Part shown: positions 10,065 to 19,785 of the stretch, one piece after another
How positions within the stretch are numbered: the stretch's first letter is position 1
Layout: each line of letters opens with the position of its first letter
Origin: Minisyncoccota bacterium
GTDB lineage: Bacteria > Patescibacteriota > Minisyncoccia > Phycocordibacterales > UBA1550
Length of the DNA: 64,000 nucleotides
Assembly (NCBI GenBank): GCA_023229865.1
Contig: JALNYL010000006.1
Span: forward strand, 5,597-69,596
Direction: 5' to 3'
Program-made: the position numbers and the translations under genes
Notes under the pieces: model-generated
Databases searched by the model: none
What the model was told of the DNA's origin: nothing
Seen by the model: only the letters and a program-made list of their open reading frames with translations

Positions 10065-10244
10065 TTACTTGACACTGCAACTGAGAACGTCGCAGCAGAT
10101 GGATACCAAACCGCCAGGACGCGGAATTTTGGTAGTTATTCTTGAACTGAATGAACCAGTGTTAATCGCGGGGATTTTTACGACCATTTCTTTGGTCCCC
10201 GTAGCAAGTAATTTTATTGCTCCTGTCTTTGCGGTAGTAGCCAT
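10065..10244 (-). CDS. Putative RiPP precursor peptide, 59 aa (absent from the ORF track)
   Basis: MATTAKTGAIKLLATGTKEMVVKIPAINTGSFSSRITTKIPRPGGLVSICCDVLSCSVK*, SD AGAGGAG, 35 nt upstream of the rSAM gene. Confidence 0.75.
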   Translation of the reverse strand: MATTAKTGAIKLLATGTKEMVVKIPAINTGSFSSRITTKIPRPGGLVSICCDVLSCSVK

Positions 10245-10592
10245 GCTGCACTCCTCTCATAAGTTGGAAAAACAATAAAGCCTTCGTACCCATTGTGGGC
10301 AGCGTGAATGGTAGGTCAAAAACAAATTTTGCGGCGCGGCTTGTCGGACTAGGCGAAGAACTAGACCAACCTGCGTCGAGGTCTATAACTTGGTCTATAT
10401 ATTCATAGCGCTGTGCAGGACACTGTGGGGGGGCTGTGTTCCGTACAACCTGGCCCCGGCAATTATTTGCCCATTGCCGGAAAAGTAATGACGCCCGACA
10501 AAGTGATTGATGGAAGAGGCGTATTGGTTGGACCCCCTCGTAACGATGGTTGAAACTGGGTTAGGCTTCCGCCTCAACTAGGAAATACGTGG

Positions 10593-11081
10593 CTAATTCT
10601 CAATGCAACCATTACTAGCTGCGAAACCACATACTCCATCAAGTAGAAGTCCCCCTGCCTGTTTTTCTCGAGTTTTTATATCGAACATCATCAAACCACG
10701 ATGAGTTGACCAGAGATACCAGATTTTCGGGCTCCCATTCTTCTCAATGACTAGTGCTGGGCGTTCTCCCCGCAATCGAATTCTTTGGATTACCTTATAT
10801 ATCGATCCATTAAATTCCCATTTGTTTTGAAGAATCGAATTTCTTGGGACAGCAAATTCAAATACTTTTGAGACAACGCAATGAAATTCATTTTCTGCAT
10901 CACAAAATTTTGCGTCATATCCAACGTCTCCAACAATGACAGAGTTTGTTGTTCTGTCAATGGCGAAGCCGGGACCCTTTGATGGTATACGGATATATTC
11001 CGCAATTTGTTCAGCAAAACAGCACGTGGTAATAGTCCACGTAAAGAAGATAATTGGTATTGTTTTTACTTGCATGAGCAA
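10593..11081 (-). CDS. Exported protein, candidate immunity protein of the RHS toxin
   Basis: Signal-like N-terminus; overlaps the stop of the RHS gene. Confidence 0.55.
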   Translation of the reverse strand: MLMQVKTIPIIFFTWTITTCCFAEQIAEYIRIPSKGPGFAIDRTTNSVIVGDVGYDAKFCDAENEFHCVVSKVFEFAVPRNSILQNKWEFNGSIYKVIQRIRLRGERPALVIEKNGSPKIWYLWSTHRGLMMFDIKTREKQAGGLLLDGVCGFAASNGCIEN

Positions 11082-11683
11082 TCCCCTGAAAGGAATTTTC
11101 TAGCCCAAGCATCGGCGTCATTTTCGCCAGGTGCCTCTTTGCCAACAAGCGCGCGAGAATTATCCAAGCTATGATTTTCATTCATGAGGTGGCGGAACTC
11201 GTGCGTAAAGATTAGTGAAGGTCCGGGATCATGGGATGTGAGGTTGAAAAAGTCCCAATTAAATCGCGTTTCCTGGGTCGAATACCATGTGTCAGCAAAA
11301 CCAGTTCTAGCTCGATGAAATATATCATCTGCCTTTGGGTCAACGTAAACTTTCCAGTTATCAAATTTTGATTGGAGCGCTGCGCGATTCTTCTTGCATG
11401 TTGTATTTATCTGCGCTTGCATCAGACTGCCAAGATGCCACAAAAACGCCTCGCGCTTTCTTAATTCCGCTTCTGCGGCATCGCTAGATGGCTGCCCACG
11501 TCGTATAACATCATACAACCCATATGGGTCTGAATTGACTAACGGGTTGCTCCTTACATAGGCATACGTATTAACGCCACCTTCTAGTCCGACAGGATCG
11601 GATTGGATATATCTCGCAAGCGCATTCTCCTCATAACAAGCAAGCGCAAGAAATAGCACCACAACGTTTCTGAATCTGATCAT
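11066..11683 (-). CDS. Signal-peptide mini-RHS core protein with HExxH C-terminal (toxin) domain
   Basis: MIRFRNVVVLFLALAC.. then RYIQSDPVGLEGGVNTYAYVRSNPLVNSDPYGL, then THEFRH. Confidence 0.8.
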   Translation of the reverse strand: MIRFRNVVVLFLALACYEENALARYIQSDPVGLEGGVNTYAYVRSNPLVNSDPYGLYDVIRRGQPSSDAAEAELRKREAFLWHLGSLMQAQINTTCKKNRAALQSKFDNWKVYVDPKADDIFHRARTGFADTWYSTQETRFNWDFFNLTSHDPGPSLIFTHEFRHLMNENHSLDNSRALVGKEAPGENDADAWARKFLSGDCSCK

Positions 11684-11693
11684 TGCCATCTCC

Positions 11694-12671
11694 CTATTGA
11701 GCCAATCTCGCACGCTCCACGACTTGCTTGTACTGTGCCTTGTAGACCTCCGTTGGCATTCTCCAACCGAGCGCTTCTGCCTTGTCGTACCAAAGTCGAC
11801 TGTTACGATCCAAGAAAGCGTAATTCGACCGCTCTTCCAGCGGAATCAAGTCTGGTCTGGGATATTTGTTGATGAAACGGTCTTTGATCAACCTCGCGTA
11901 GGATGCGCCTTTGTGAAGCATGGCATTAACTGCTTTTGGCGAATACTCCAGCACCATATCAGAAGCCTCAATGGCCTTTTCGTATTGGTGCTTGTGCATG
12001 TAATGCTCGATCAGCGTATCTGTCATTAAAGCAACAGTTTCTTTTTTGCTTAGGGGGCGGAGATAGACGCCATTTGCGATGGCTTCGTCAGTCATGGGCA
12101 TTTGCTGCCTAAGCCACACATCTCGTGCCGTGTTTGCCCCGCTGGTCGCTTCGAGATTAATCCAGCCCTCATTGTTGGCTTTGTACTTCACGAATATGTG
12201 TTCGGGCGCAGTAGCGGCAGTCACTTCGAGGCCAAGCCGTTGCCCAAGGATGATGAAGAGGAAGGGCATGGAGACGCAATTGCCTTTTCTGGACTCCAAA
12301 TAGCTGGGCAGCAATTTATGGCTTATGTCTTCCCCATAAGGATCTGCCAAGTCGTACTGGTAGGGGCGCTGTCCATTCCATGGGTTGGCGGTATAAAGAT
12401 ACGTTCTTAAAACCTGTAGTTTTTCTGGGCTGGATGCATTGAATAGAAGCCCCATTTGGATGTTTGCCACCATCGAATCAATTTTTTTGAGGTTGGCCAT
12501 AATATCAATACTTGGGTCGATCATTTTGTCGATGGTCAGTTTTGCTTTGCCAAGATCAATCTGGTTTTCCGGCAGTCTTAGCATTGCTTGAATTGGACTG
12601 AGATCGTTGGCGAACGCAGCACTGCTTGGGACGGCCATAATCAGCAACAGAATCAGAAAAATACACCGCAT
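11694..12671 (-). CDS. Exported transglutaminase-like (SirB1/Transglut_core2) protein with TPR
   Basis: GNCVSMP (Cys), PEHIFV (His), NLEAT motifs; signal peptide; TPR-like C-terminus. Confidence 0.8.
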   Translation of the reverse strand: MRCIFLILLLIMAVPSSAAFANDLSPIQAMLRLPENQIDLGKAKLTIDKMIDPSIDIMANLKKIDSMVANIQMGLLFNASSPEKLQVLRTYLYTANPWNGQRPYQYDLADPYGEDISHKLLPSYLESRKGNCVSMPFLFIILGQRLGLEVTAATAPEHIFVKYKANNEGWINLEATSGANTARDVWLRQQMPMTDEAIANGVYLRPLSKKETVALMTDTLIEHYMHKHQYEKAIEASDMVLEYSPKAVNAMLHKGASYARLIKDRFINKYPRPDLIPLEERSNYAFLDRNSRLWYDKAEALGWRMPTEVYKAQYKQVVERARLAQ

Positions 12672-12844
12672 GCCTTGCCTGTCCAAAATGCAAACCAGAA
12701 GAACCCTACAGCAAGAACTGTTTTTCGACAATATGCCATTGGGCGCATTAAGGGGAAGCTTTCTCTCGGAGGCCATCGCAGGGATTGAAGCTGGTAAATG
12801 GAGATTTAATGTCTCCACGAGGTGCAACCAGATGTGCCCATGCT

Positions 12845-13129
12845 TTAGCCAAAGCGCTTCCAGTTATCAATGAGCCACTTCTTCACATTGGCGTGACTCC
12901 GCGTATCACCTGGTAGATGCTTCTTTATCAAGCGCTCTACCTTTACTCCAGAGTCTTTTTGTTTTAAATCACATGCGGTTGCGAAGCTATTAATAAATGC
13001 CAAGACCTCGTAACCTTCATTCCGATTCAGGAACGTACTATCCGGTTTGCCGGTGACCTTGGGATCATCTGGAGCAATGGCCGTCCATGAGTAGTCGAAT
13101 TCCAAATCGCTTTTTTGAAGAAGTGGCAT
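12845..13129 (-). CDS. Hypothetical protein
   Basis: 94-aa ORF with SD GAGG; protein-like composition. Confidence 0.6.
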   Translation of the reverse strand: MPLLQKSDLEFDYSWTAIAPDDPKVTGKPDSTFLNRNEGYEVLAFINSFATACDLKQKDSGVKVERLIKKHLPGDTRSHANVKKWLIDNWKRFG

Positions 13130-13263
13130 ATTGTCCTCTCGGTGAAAATATTGCTGAACGGCGCATGACTCTACTTCTGAAATCCAGATAAGACAATATG
13201 CCGAACTATCTAGATATCTACGCGAAAGATATAGATACCTCCATATTCCTTGCTTGGATTTGA

Positions 13264-15993
13264 TTACTGCTTCTCAGCTTTTGAGAGCGACCGCGCAATT
13301 ACCTGCGCTACCGCGCTACGTCGTTCGGCGATGTCAGAAGGGGAGAGTGCCTGACTCGTCACCTTGACCTTGTACCCACGCACGGTACTTTCTGTCGTCG
13401 TTGGCGTCGTTGAAACAACTTGGTCGAGGTGTTCGATCAAATCCTCTGGGCTGAAATACCGCACCTTGTCTCGCACTGCTTCATCCAGGTTCGCGGGAAT
13501 GAACCGTGCAAGCGATTTCAAGTGGCGCGCATTCGTGCTGACAACCAATACCTCTTCGTATCCAGCTGAAAGACACTTCTCAACGTTCTGGAGCTCCCAG
13601 TCTCGTCCCGTGGTCACGGATATTTCCACGGCGATCTTGCGTTCTCCCTGCGAGAGGTGAACATCCACCCGTCCCGCACCATCAAGGATGGGTTCTTCGA
13701 TGGATGCCTTGAATGCGCGTTCTTCTGCAAGCTGCTTTACGAGTTGCGCAAGGTACTTGTGCTGCTTCCCACCACCCCCTTGTTCCTTCACCTCATATTT
13801 CGGGCTGGGGGTAGTGGTACGGAATACACGCGGCGCGGGTAGCTCAGGGTAGGGGGAAGAGCCTGCGCCGAGGTCTTCGTGTACAGGCTCCCCCTGGGGC
13901 GCTGGTGCAATCCCTTTCGGTGCCACCATCTCCTTCTTCTCAATCCGCCTGGCTACTGGTGGGACGATCTCAATCTGCGGAATCCGTGCCTCCACGCCAT
14001 ACACTACGCGATTCCTCTCGATGAGCTCTGCATACTGGATATCGTCAAGCACTGGCTCCCGTTCTACCACCCCGAGAGGAATGGAAACGGAAAGCGCTCT
14101 GGCCGTGAAGTTCTTCACATAGCAGGCGAACTCCGTATGGTTCCCGTATTTCTTTTGCTGCAATAGGAAATTAGCATCAGTACGGAACTCTGCATCAAGT
14201 GAGTTTGCATCCTTACTACTTACGCCACCGGCGAATTTAATGGAGGTACTAGCAAGGACACTTGCGCGAAGCGCTGGGCTCAGTTGGTCGAGGTTCTGGT
14301 GACTAAAGACCAGGCCAATCTTGTATTTCCGCGTCTGGTTCACCATGCGGTCGATATTCTCGTCAAAATAGTCCTCAGCCTCGTCGATATATGCAAAGGT
14401 GGGGGTTCGCTCGTGTGCGGGCAATATCGCGCGTTGTATGGCCGCCTGCGCGATCAGGGACACGATGAATCGGCCAAATATTGAAGAACCTTCGTGCCCC
14501 AAGAAATCCTTGGCCGTATTTACTAAAATGATCTTGCCCTCCTGGGTCAGCTTGAATAGGTCAACCTTGTTCTTGGGGTGGCTGAGCATTCGTTCGAGGG
14601 TCGTGTTACTGAGTACGCCCCAGAGTCGTGCCGTGATCTGTTTTTTGTTCTCGGCGAACTGCCGATCAAAAAACTGCGTCGCAAAGAATGTGTGGGCAGT
14701 ACCTGTGAGCTTTTCCATGTAGGGGCGGTACTTCTCTCCGTTCATCATGAGCTCAAGGAGTGTATGAATGGTGGCATTAGGGATTTCCATCATGAGGCGG
14801 GCAAGGTAGCGGAATATCACCCCCTGCCTTTGGGTGAGCTCTGCGCCAAGGAGTGCCCCGAAGAAGTACTCGTAGGTCTCGACTGTTGCGTTGAGAATCA
14901 TTTCTCTGTCTTGCGCTGAAAGCGTACCCATCCGCGCCCGGTCGAAGTCGAACATATTGAGTCCAACAGGATGCTCTACATCAGTCGGGTCGATGAGGAC
15001 AAACCGATCCGCAAGACTGTTTCCCTCACTTGGGTCAAAGAGCTTCAGGTGTGCAATGGTGCGGATCATGTCTCCCTGGCTATCCATCACGATGATCGAC
15101 CTCCCATCCTCCTGTGCCTTCACGAGGTCATGATGAATGAGGAACTGGAGTAGTTGTGTTTTGCCGTGCCCTGATCCCGCAACGATATGCGTGTGTTCAA
15201 ATCGCGCCGGGAAGGGGATAGCAAAGGGAAGTGTGTAGTAGAAAAAAGAGCGAAGCGGTGTTCCCTGAAGATACCCGTCTATGAGGTACTCAGGTGCGGT
15301 GCTCTTGTTGTCGCCCGGCATGATGATCTTCTGCGCCGTACCGTGCCGCCCGCCCGGCGGAACCCCCGACATGAGCCCTACGTTTCCTTCAAGTCTTTCC
15401 CGGAGGGGATCGAAGAGATGCGCATTCACCACGTCAGCATCGTAGAACGTGAGGATGAGCCGGTCGAGTACTTCGGGCAGATTATCGCAAAGGTCCCCTA
15501 TGTGCGCCTCGGGAAGGGTAACGGCGTTGTCAGAAGCAACTCCGTTTGCTCCGATGTCGGTAAAAGCCGAGAGCGGAAAATATTCGAGCATCCCCGAGAA
15601 CAGCCATACCAGCTTATCCCGCCAGATGACGGTCAGTCGTTCGTGGTCGTGGAGGTAATGCAGGTGCCGTTTCCAAATTGCACGAAGTTGAATTCCTTCC
15701 TCAATCGTGAGTTTGGGGATTGTGGAGCGCGGGGGAAGTTCAATAATGAGCCCATCGAAGGACAGGAGACTCCTCACGGTATCGTAGAGCGCATTCCCGA
15801 GAGGAGTCGAGGGGGTGACCCCGCGCCGTTCGCAGACCTCAAAGATGATTTCAAGAATGAAGTCACCGATCTTATCTTCATCTGAAAACGGCGCGCAAGC
15901 CTGAGCATCAACTACCTGCTCATAGAGGGTAGTCATGTCTTTGATCTCGCGGCTACGCGCCGAACCACGAAACCAGTTCTTCCAGTTCGACAT
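13264..15993 (-). CDS. VirD4/TraD-like ATPase with C-terminal PD-(D/E)xK-like nuclease domain
   Basis: GSGHGKT Walker A, YIDEA Walker B, RKYKIGLVFSHQ; C-terminal H...RVDV...IAVEIS. Confidence 0.8.
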   Translation of the reverse strand: MSNWKNWFRGSARSREIKDMTTLYEQVVDAQACAPFSDEDKIGDFILEIIFEVCERRGVTPSTPLGNALYDTVRSLLSFDGLIIELPPRSTIPKLTIEEGIQLRAIWKRHLHYLHDHERLTVIWRDKLVWLFSGMLEYFPLSAFTDIGANGVASDNAVTLPEAHIGDLCDNLPEVLDRLILTFYDADVVNAHLFDPLRERLEGNVGLMSGVPPGGRHGTAQKIIMPGDNKSTAPEYLIDGYLQGTPLRSFFYYTLPFAIPFPARFEHTHIVAGSGHGKTQLLQFLIHHDLVKAQEDGRSIIVMDSQGDMIRTIAHLKLFDPSEGNSLADRFVLIDPTDVEHPVGLNMFDFDRARMGTLSAQDREMILNATVETYEYFFGALLGAELTQRQGVIFRYLARLMMEIPNATIHTLLELMMNGEKYRPYMEKLTGTAHTFFATQFFDRQFAENKKQITARLWGVLSNTTLERMLSHPKNKVDLFKLTQEGKIILVNTAKDFLGHEGSSIFGRFIVSLIAQAAIQRAILPAHERTPTFAYIDEAEDYFDENIDRMVNQTRKYKIGLVFSHQNLDQLSPALRASVLASTSIKFAGGVSSKDANSLDAEFRTDANFLLQQKKYGNHTEFACYVKNFTARALSVSIPLGVVEREPVLDDIQYAELIERNRVVYGVEARIPQIEIVPPVARRIEKKEMVAPKGIAPAPQGEPVHEDLGAGSSPYPELPAPRVFRTTTPSPKYEVKEQGGGGKQHKYLAQLVKQLAEERAFKASIEEPILDGAGRVDVHLSQGERKIAVEISVTTGRDWELQNVEKCLSAGYEEVLVVSTNARHLKSLARFIPANLDEAVRDKVRYFSPEDLIEHLDQVVSTTPTTTESTVRGYKVKVTSQALSPSDIAERRSAVAQVIARSLSKAEKQ

Positions 15994-16002
15994 GGGGACG
16001 CG

Positions 16003-16386
16003 CTAGTATTCGAGAGCTTCCTCGCCTCCAAACTGGGATGCTGCCGTGAGTACAGCCTTGAAGGTTTTGCAGGCTTCCTTGATCTGATCTTCTACGGCGA
16101 GCATTTCGACAATGTCTTTGCACTCGATCTGCTTACCCTTCGAGAGGTCATTCACCGAAAGGGAGATATTGAGAGCCTTGAGAGCGAAACGGCTTGCTGC
16201 ACCAAGGAGGCCGCTGCCAGGATCAATAACCTTGTCCCGCTCGTAGAGCATGGTTTCGCCAAGTTTGTATTTCTTGATGTGTTCTTGTTCTTCGTCGGAT
16301 AGCTCGGCACGTACATCAAGGATGAATGAGACTTTGCCCATCCCCATCATTCCGGCTTTTTGATCCCTGCGCAGCAATACTTTCAT
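16003..16386 (-). CDS. Hypothetical protein
   Basis: 127-aa ORF, SD AGGAG, directly upstream of the ATPase gene. Confidence 0.7.
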   Translation of the reverse strand: MKVLLRRDQKAGMMGMGKVSFILDVRAELSDEEQEHIKKYKLGETMLYERDKVIDPGSGLLGAASRFALKALNISLSVNDLSKGKQIECKDIVEMLAVEDQIKEACKTFKAVLTAASQFGGEEALEY

Positions 16387-16622
16387 GGAGTTTCTCCTGT
16401 AAGGTTAGTTGAGAACTGCACAACATATGCGTTTCCTCCTAACCCAGGAAGGTCTCCATCAAGAGATGCTTCGGGTGACTCCACCTGCATCCGGTAATCG
16501 GTGTGGCGGTATTGGTATTTGTGGAGCGCTCACGAGGAGAACTCCGCCCTGCATTATGCGCTTGCTTCTTAGGTCCACTCAAGAGGAAGTCAGGGATTCA
16601 AAAATATGCGTAGAAAATGAAA

Positions 16623-16653
16623 CAGGGTTCTCGTCGTAATGACGAGAACCCTG
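16623..16653 (-). terminator. Intrinsic terminator
   Basis: 13-bp stem CAGGGTTCTCGTC/GACGAGAACCCTG followed by a T-rich run on the minus strand. Confidence 0.65.
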
Positions 16654-16669
16654 CCTATTCCGAAATGAC

Positions 16670-16837
16670 CTAGTCATACATCGAGCGCCATGCCCAGCCT
16701 CCCGTCGGCTCACGAACTTCTGTTCGTCGTCGCCGGTCTTTCCCTGATCGCCGATTACAACATGGCATGTTGAAATTGTCGCATCTGCAGATACGTGCTT
16801 CTGCTGCGATGTCCCCAGGTGTTTTTTTCGTGTCCAT
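16670..16837 (-). CDS. Small Cys/Arg-rich protein, 55 aa (absent from the ORF track)
   Basis: SD TAAGGAG; MDTKKTPGDIAAEARICRCDNFNMPCCNRRSGKDRRRRTEVREPTGGWAWRSMYD*; terminator follows. Confidence 0.5.
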   Translation of the reverse strand: MDTKKTPGDIAAEARICRCDNFNMPCCNRRSGKDRRRRTEVREPTGGWAWRSMYD

Positions 16838-17359
16838 AACTATCTCCTTATCCGCTCTCGCGGGTTAGATTTAGAAACCGAAAGGAACTGAATTCATGAG
16901 GGTCGCAGATCGGATTTAGTGCCATCTCTTGCAAAAGATTTGCGGAAATGCTTTACTAATCCAGTCCAGCATTACGACCATCGCTTTACTACGCTTTGAA
17001 GCAGGGAGCCTCCTTTCTTGGCTCATCAGTAGGTTGGACACTGGGACCTGTTAGCGCAGGTTCCACCAAAGCCCGCCAAAACATCGGCGGGTTTTTCTTT
17101 GCATATTCAAACTGTTCCATAAATTTCTTTCGTTTCCGATGGCAAAGAAAATGCCCGCAATAATCGCAATTTTTAAAATTCGCAATTGTGGCGGGCATTA
17201 TCGCGGCCTCAAATGGCCTTCGATCTACTCCGCTTACTTCAACCGGTGCTGCTCATCTGCGTATGTTGCATCCTGTAATTGATTGCCCCGCTTCTGCGGG
17301 TGAATGTGCTGATCGAATATTAGCCAACTTCCTGCAAACATACAACCCATGCATGGGTA

Positions 17360-18520
17360 TTAATTCCTCACCGTCGTCGCACTAAACGGCTTACTCGGTG
17401 CGCCGTCGATCATGAGCTTGAGATATATGTCATGGTTCGGAATGTTCACCAAGTCCTCAGGTGAAAACACCGGCTCGAATTCCCGTGCAAGCGTCCGCGC
17501 ATCCTCTGCTCCTACGCGAAAGGCAATGAGCGTACCGACATTGCCCAGGACTGCATGCATCACCTCTCCTTCAAGTTGGTGAAGGTGCTGATTGGCAAGC
17601 ACGAGCCCAAGTTTGAATTTGCGAAGTTCCGACACAGTGTTCGCCACAGAAAGCGTCGTGAAGTTCTGGAATTCATCGAGGTGAAGATAAAACGGCCGAC
17701 GTGAATGTTCAGGTAGTTCGCTTCTGCTGAAGGCAGCAAGGTTGAGTGTGGTTACCAAGAGCGCCCCCAAGAGATTTGCGCTGTCGTCTCCCAATCGCCC
17801 CTTGGCGAGATTCACGATGAGGATCTTCCCTGAGTCCATGATGCGGCGAAAGCTGAGATCAATTGGTGGATTCGTAAGGATGCGGAAAAGCCTTGGGTCA
17901 GCAAGGAACGCGCCGATCTTGTTCTGGATAGGGGAGATCATCTCCTGGCGGTAGCGAGGGTTGTAGTCTTTGAACTCGTGTTCCCAAAATTCGCGCACCT
18001 GCACGTTGGAAATATTTTTCACTACGTTGTGTCGATACGCAGTGTCGCTAAACATGCGCAAAATGTCGGGGAGCGTCGCATCGCCGTACTCAATCAGAGC
18101 GTAGAGCGTGTTCCTGAGCACATGCTCCATGCGCACACCCCAAGCATCATCAAAGAGTTTCTTGAGCGCCTCCATGAGTCCTGAGACGGCAAGTGGCACC
18201 TTGTCCTTCCGCACCTGTCTGAGGGGGTTGTAGCCATACGGCTGATCGATATCAGCGGCATCCAGGTAGACGAGGTCGTCAGATCGCTCCTGGGGAATCC
18301 TGGCTATGAGACGCTCCGCCATATCGCCGTGCGGATCAATGACACACACTCCGTGCCCGTGTGCAATGTCCTGCTCTGCCAATGTCTCCATGAGCGTCGT
18401 CTTGCCGGTGCCGGTTTTTCCGATGACGTACAGGTGAAACAAGCGATCATCACTCTTGATGCCGAACCGCACCTTCTTTCTTCCGTTGGTCTCCGCAAAA
18501 TAGCTGATGTTGTTCTTCAT
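17360..18520 (-). CDS. VirD4/TraD/HerA-like ATPase
   Basis: HLYVIGKTGTGKT, IDPHGD, LDEFQ, SELRKFKLGLVLANQ. Confidence 0.9.
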   Translation of the reverse strand: MKNNISYFAETNGRKKVRFGIKSDDRLFHLYVIGKTGTGKTTLMETLAEQDIAHGHGVCVIDPHGDMAERLIARIPQERSDDLVYLDAADIDQPYGYNPLRQVRKDKVPLAVSGLMEALKKLFDDAWGVRMEHVLRNTLYALIEYGDATLPDILRMFSDTAYRHNVVKNISNVQVREFWEHEFKDYNPRYRQEMISPIQNKIGAFLADPRLFRILTNPPIDLSFRRIMDSGKILIVNLAKGRLGDDSANLLGALLVTTLNLAAFSRSELPEHSRRPFYLHLDEFQNFTTLSVANTVSELRKFKLGLVLANQHLHQLEGEVMHAVLGNVGTLIAFRVGAEDARTLAREFEPVFSPEDLVNIPNHDIYLKLMIDGAPSKPFSATTVRN

Positions 18521-18657
18521 GCAGAGAGCCTACCCAGCCTTGCGCAATATCACACGGCGCGGATACGTGCCGTCTTGGCACATTCTCCCGTCGTGAGATT
18601 TTGTTTCGTATGGTGAACTATATAGGTCGGCTTGTTCTTTATCGAAAGGAAACCGAC

Positions 18658-19224
18658 ATGACCATGAAACGATTATCAAACCAAGAGCTACTCACCATGC
18701 TTATCGGCGAAGGGAAAGCTAAGCAGTTTTGTCGTACCGAACTCGTATCGCTTGTATTTGCAGAAGAGGGGAGCGAGGACTATGTACAAGAACTCGGTGT
18801 AGCACGCGAGCTCGTCAAGCGCTCCCTTGAAGAAACGCTTTGCAGGGGGAATGCTCTTTTGTCTCCCCAGATTGTTGCCGACTATCTCAAGGTCATCTTG
18901 AATGGCCTCGGACATGAAGTGTTTGTAGCACTCTTTCTGGATGCTCAGCATCGCCTCATTGCCGCTGAAGAGCTCTTTCGGGGAACGCTCACACAAACAT
19001 CGGTGTATCCACGCGAGGTGGTGAAACGGGCGCTCTATCACAATGCTGCAGCCGTGATCTTTGCTCACAACCACCCCTCGGGAGTTTCCGAACCAAGCAC
19101 TTCGGACGTGATGCTCACTGGGGCACTAAAGCAGGCCCTCTCGCTTGTGGACGTAAAAGCGCTCGATCATCTTGTGGTAGCAGGGAGTGACGTAGTGAGC
19201 CTTGCAGAAAGAGGGCAAGTGTGA
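18658..19224 (+). CDS. radC: RadC/JAB (MPN) domain protein
   Basis: HEVF...VYPREVVK...HNHPSG...SD...DHLVV. Confidence 0.9.
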   Translation: MTMKRLSNQELLTMLIGEGKAKQFCRTELVSLVFAEEGSEDYVQELGVARELVKRSLEETLCRGNALLSPQIVADYLKVILNGLGHEVFVALFLDAQHRLIAAEELFRGTLTQTSVYPREVVKRALYHNAAAVIFAHNHPSGVSEPSTSDVMLTGALKQALSLVDVKALDHLVVAGSDVVSLAERGQV

Positions 19225-19296
19225 GGGAAGGGAACATTGATAGCCGTGAAGAAATTCACGGCTATTTTCTTTGGGCGTTCTTAGTATAATCTGCGA

Positions 19297-19614
19297 ATGA
19301 CTCGCTCTGACCTCATCGCCCGCTTAGCCGAACTGCACCCTCGATTGCTTGCCAAGGATGCAGAACTCGCGGTCAAAGTAATCATTGATTCCATCTCTGA
19401 CTCACTAGCACATGGTGGTCGGGCAGAGATTCGTGGCTTCGGTAGTTTTGGGTTGAATTACCGACCGCCGCGCAAAGGTCGGAATCCGAAAACAGGGGCA
19501 GGTGTAAATATTCCCGCGAAGTATTCGCCGCATTTCCGGGCAGGGAAGGAATTGAGGGAGCGGGTGAATCCTTTAGACGATCAGACTAAATCCCCAGTGA
19601 ATGGGGAAAAGTAA
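19297..19614 (+). CDS. ihfB: Integration host factor beta subunit
   Basis: MTRSDLI...[24 protein letters not shown]...[13 protein letters not shown]. Confidence 0.9.
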   Translation: MTRSDLIARLAELHPRLLAKDAELAVKVIIDSISDSLAHGGRAEIRGFGSFGLNYRPPRKGRNPKTGAGVNIPAKYSPHFRAGKELRERVNPLDDQTKSPVNGEK

Positions 19615-19785
19615 AACACTGAAGAAGCCTCAGCAAAAGCTAGGACTCAATTCTAATTTGGAAAGTATATTTTTAATCAAACATGGGAGTTAATCTAAAA
19701 TATGGCAACAACTGAATATTTATAGTATATATATACCACATATTTAGTCAAGTTAATCAAGTATTGAAACGATTGCCTGTTTGCC

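Noticed and set aside
10395-10577. Possible second degenerate RHS tip (GSNQYA)
   Set aside because: No DPxG motifs; the similarity is too weak.
16990-17060. Hammerhead-like CTGATGAG on the minus strand
   Set aside because: The stem after CTGATGA is not followed by CGAAA, so the catalytic core is incomplete.
16989-17198. ORF ending EAPCFKA resembling an IS605/TnpB right end
   Set aside because: No RuvC or transposase remnant; the resemblance is too short to support.
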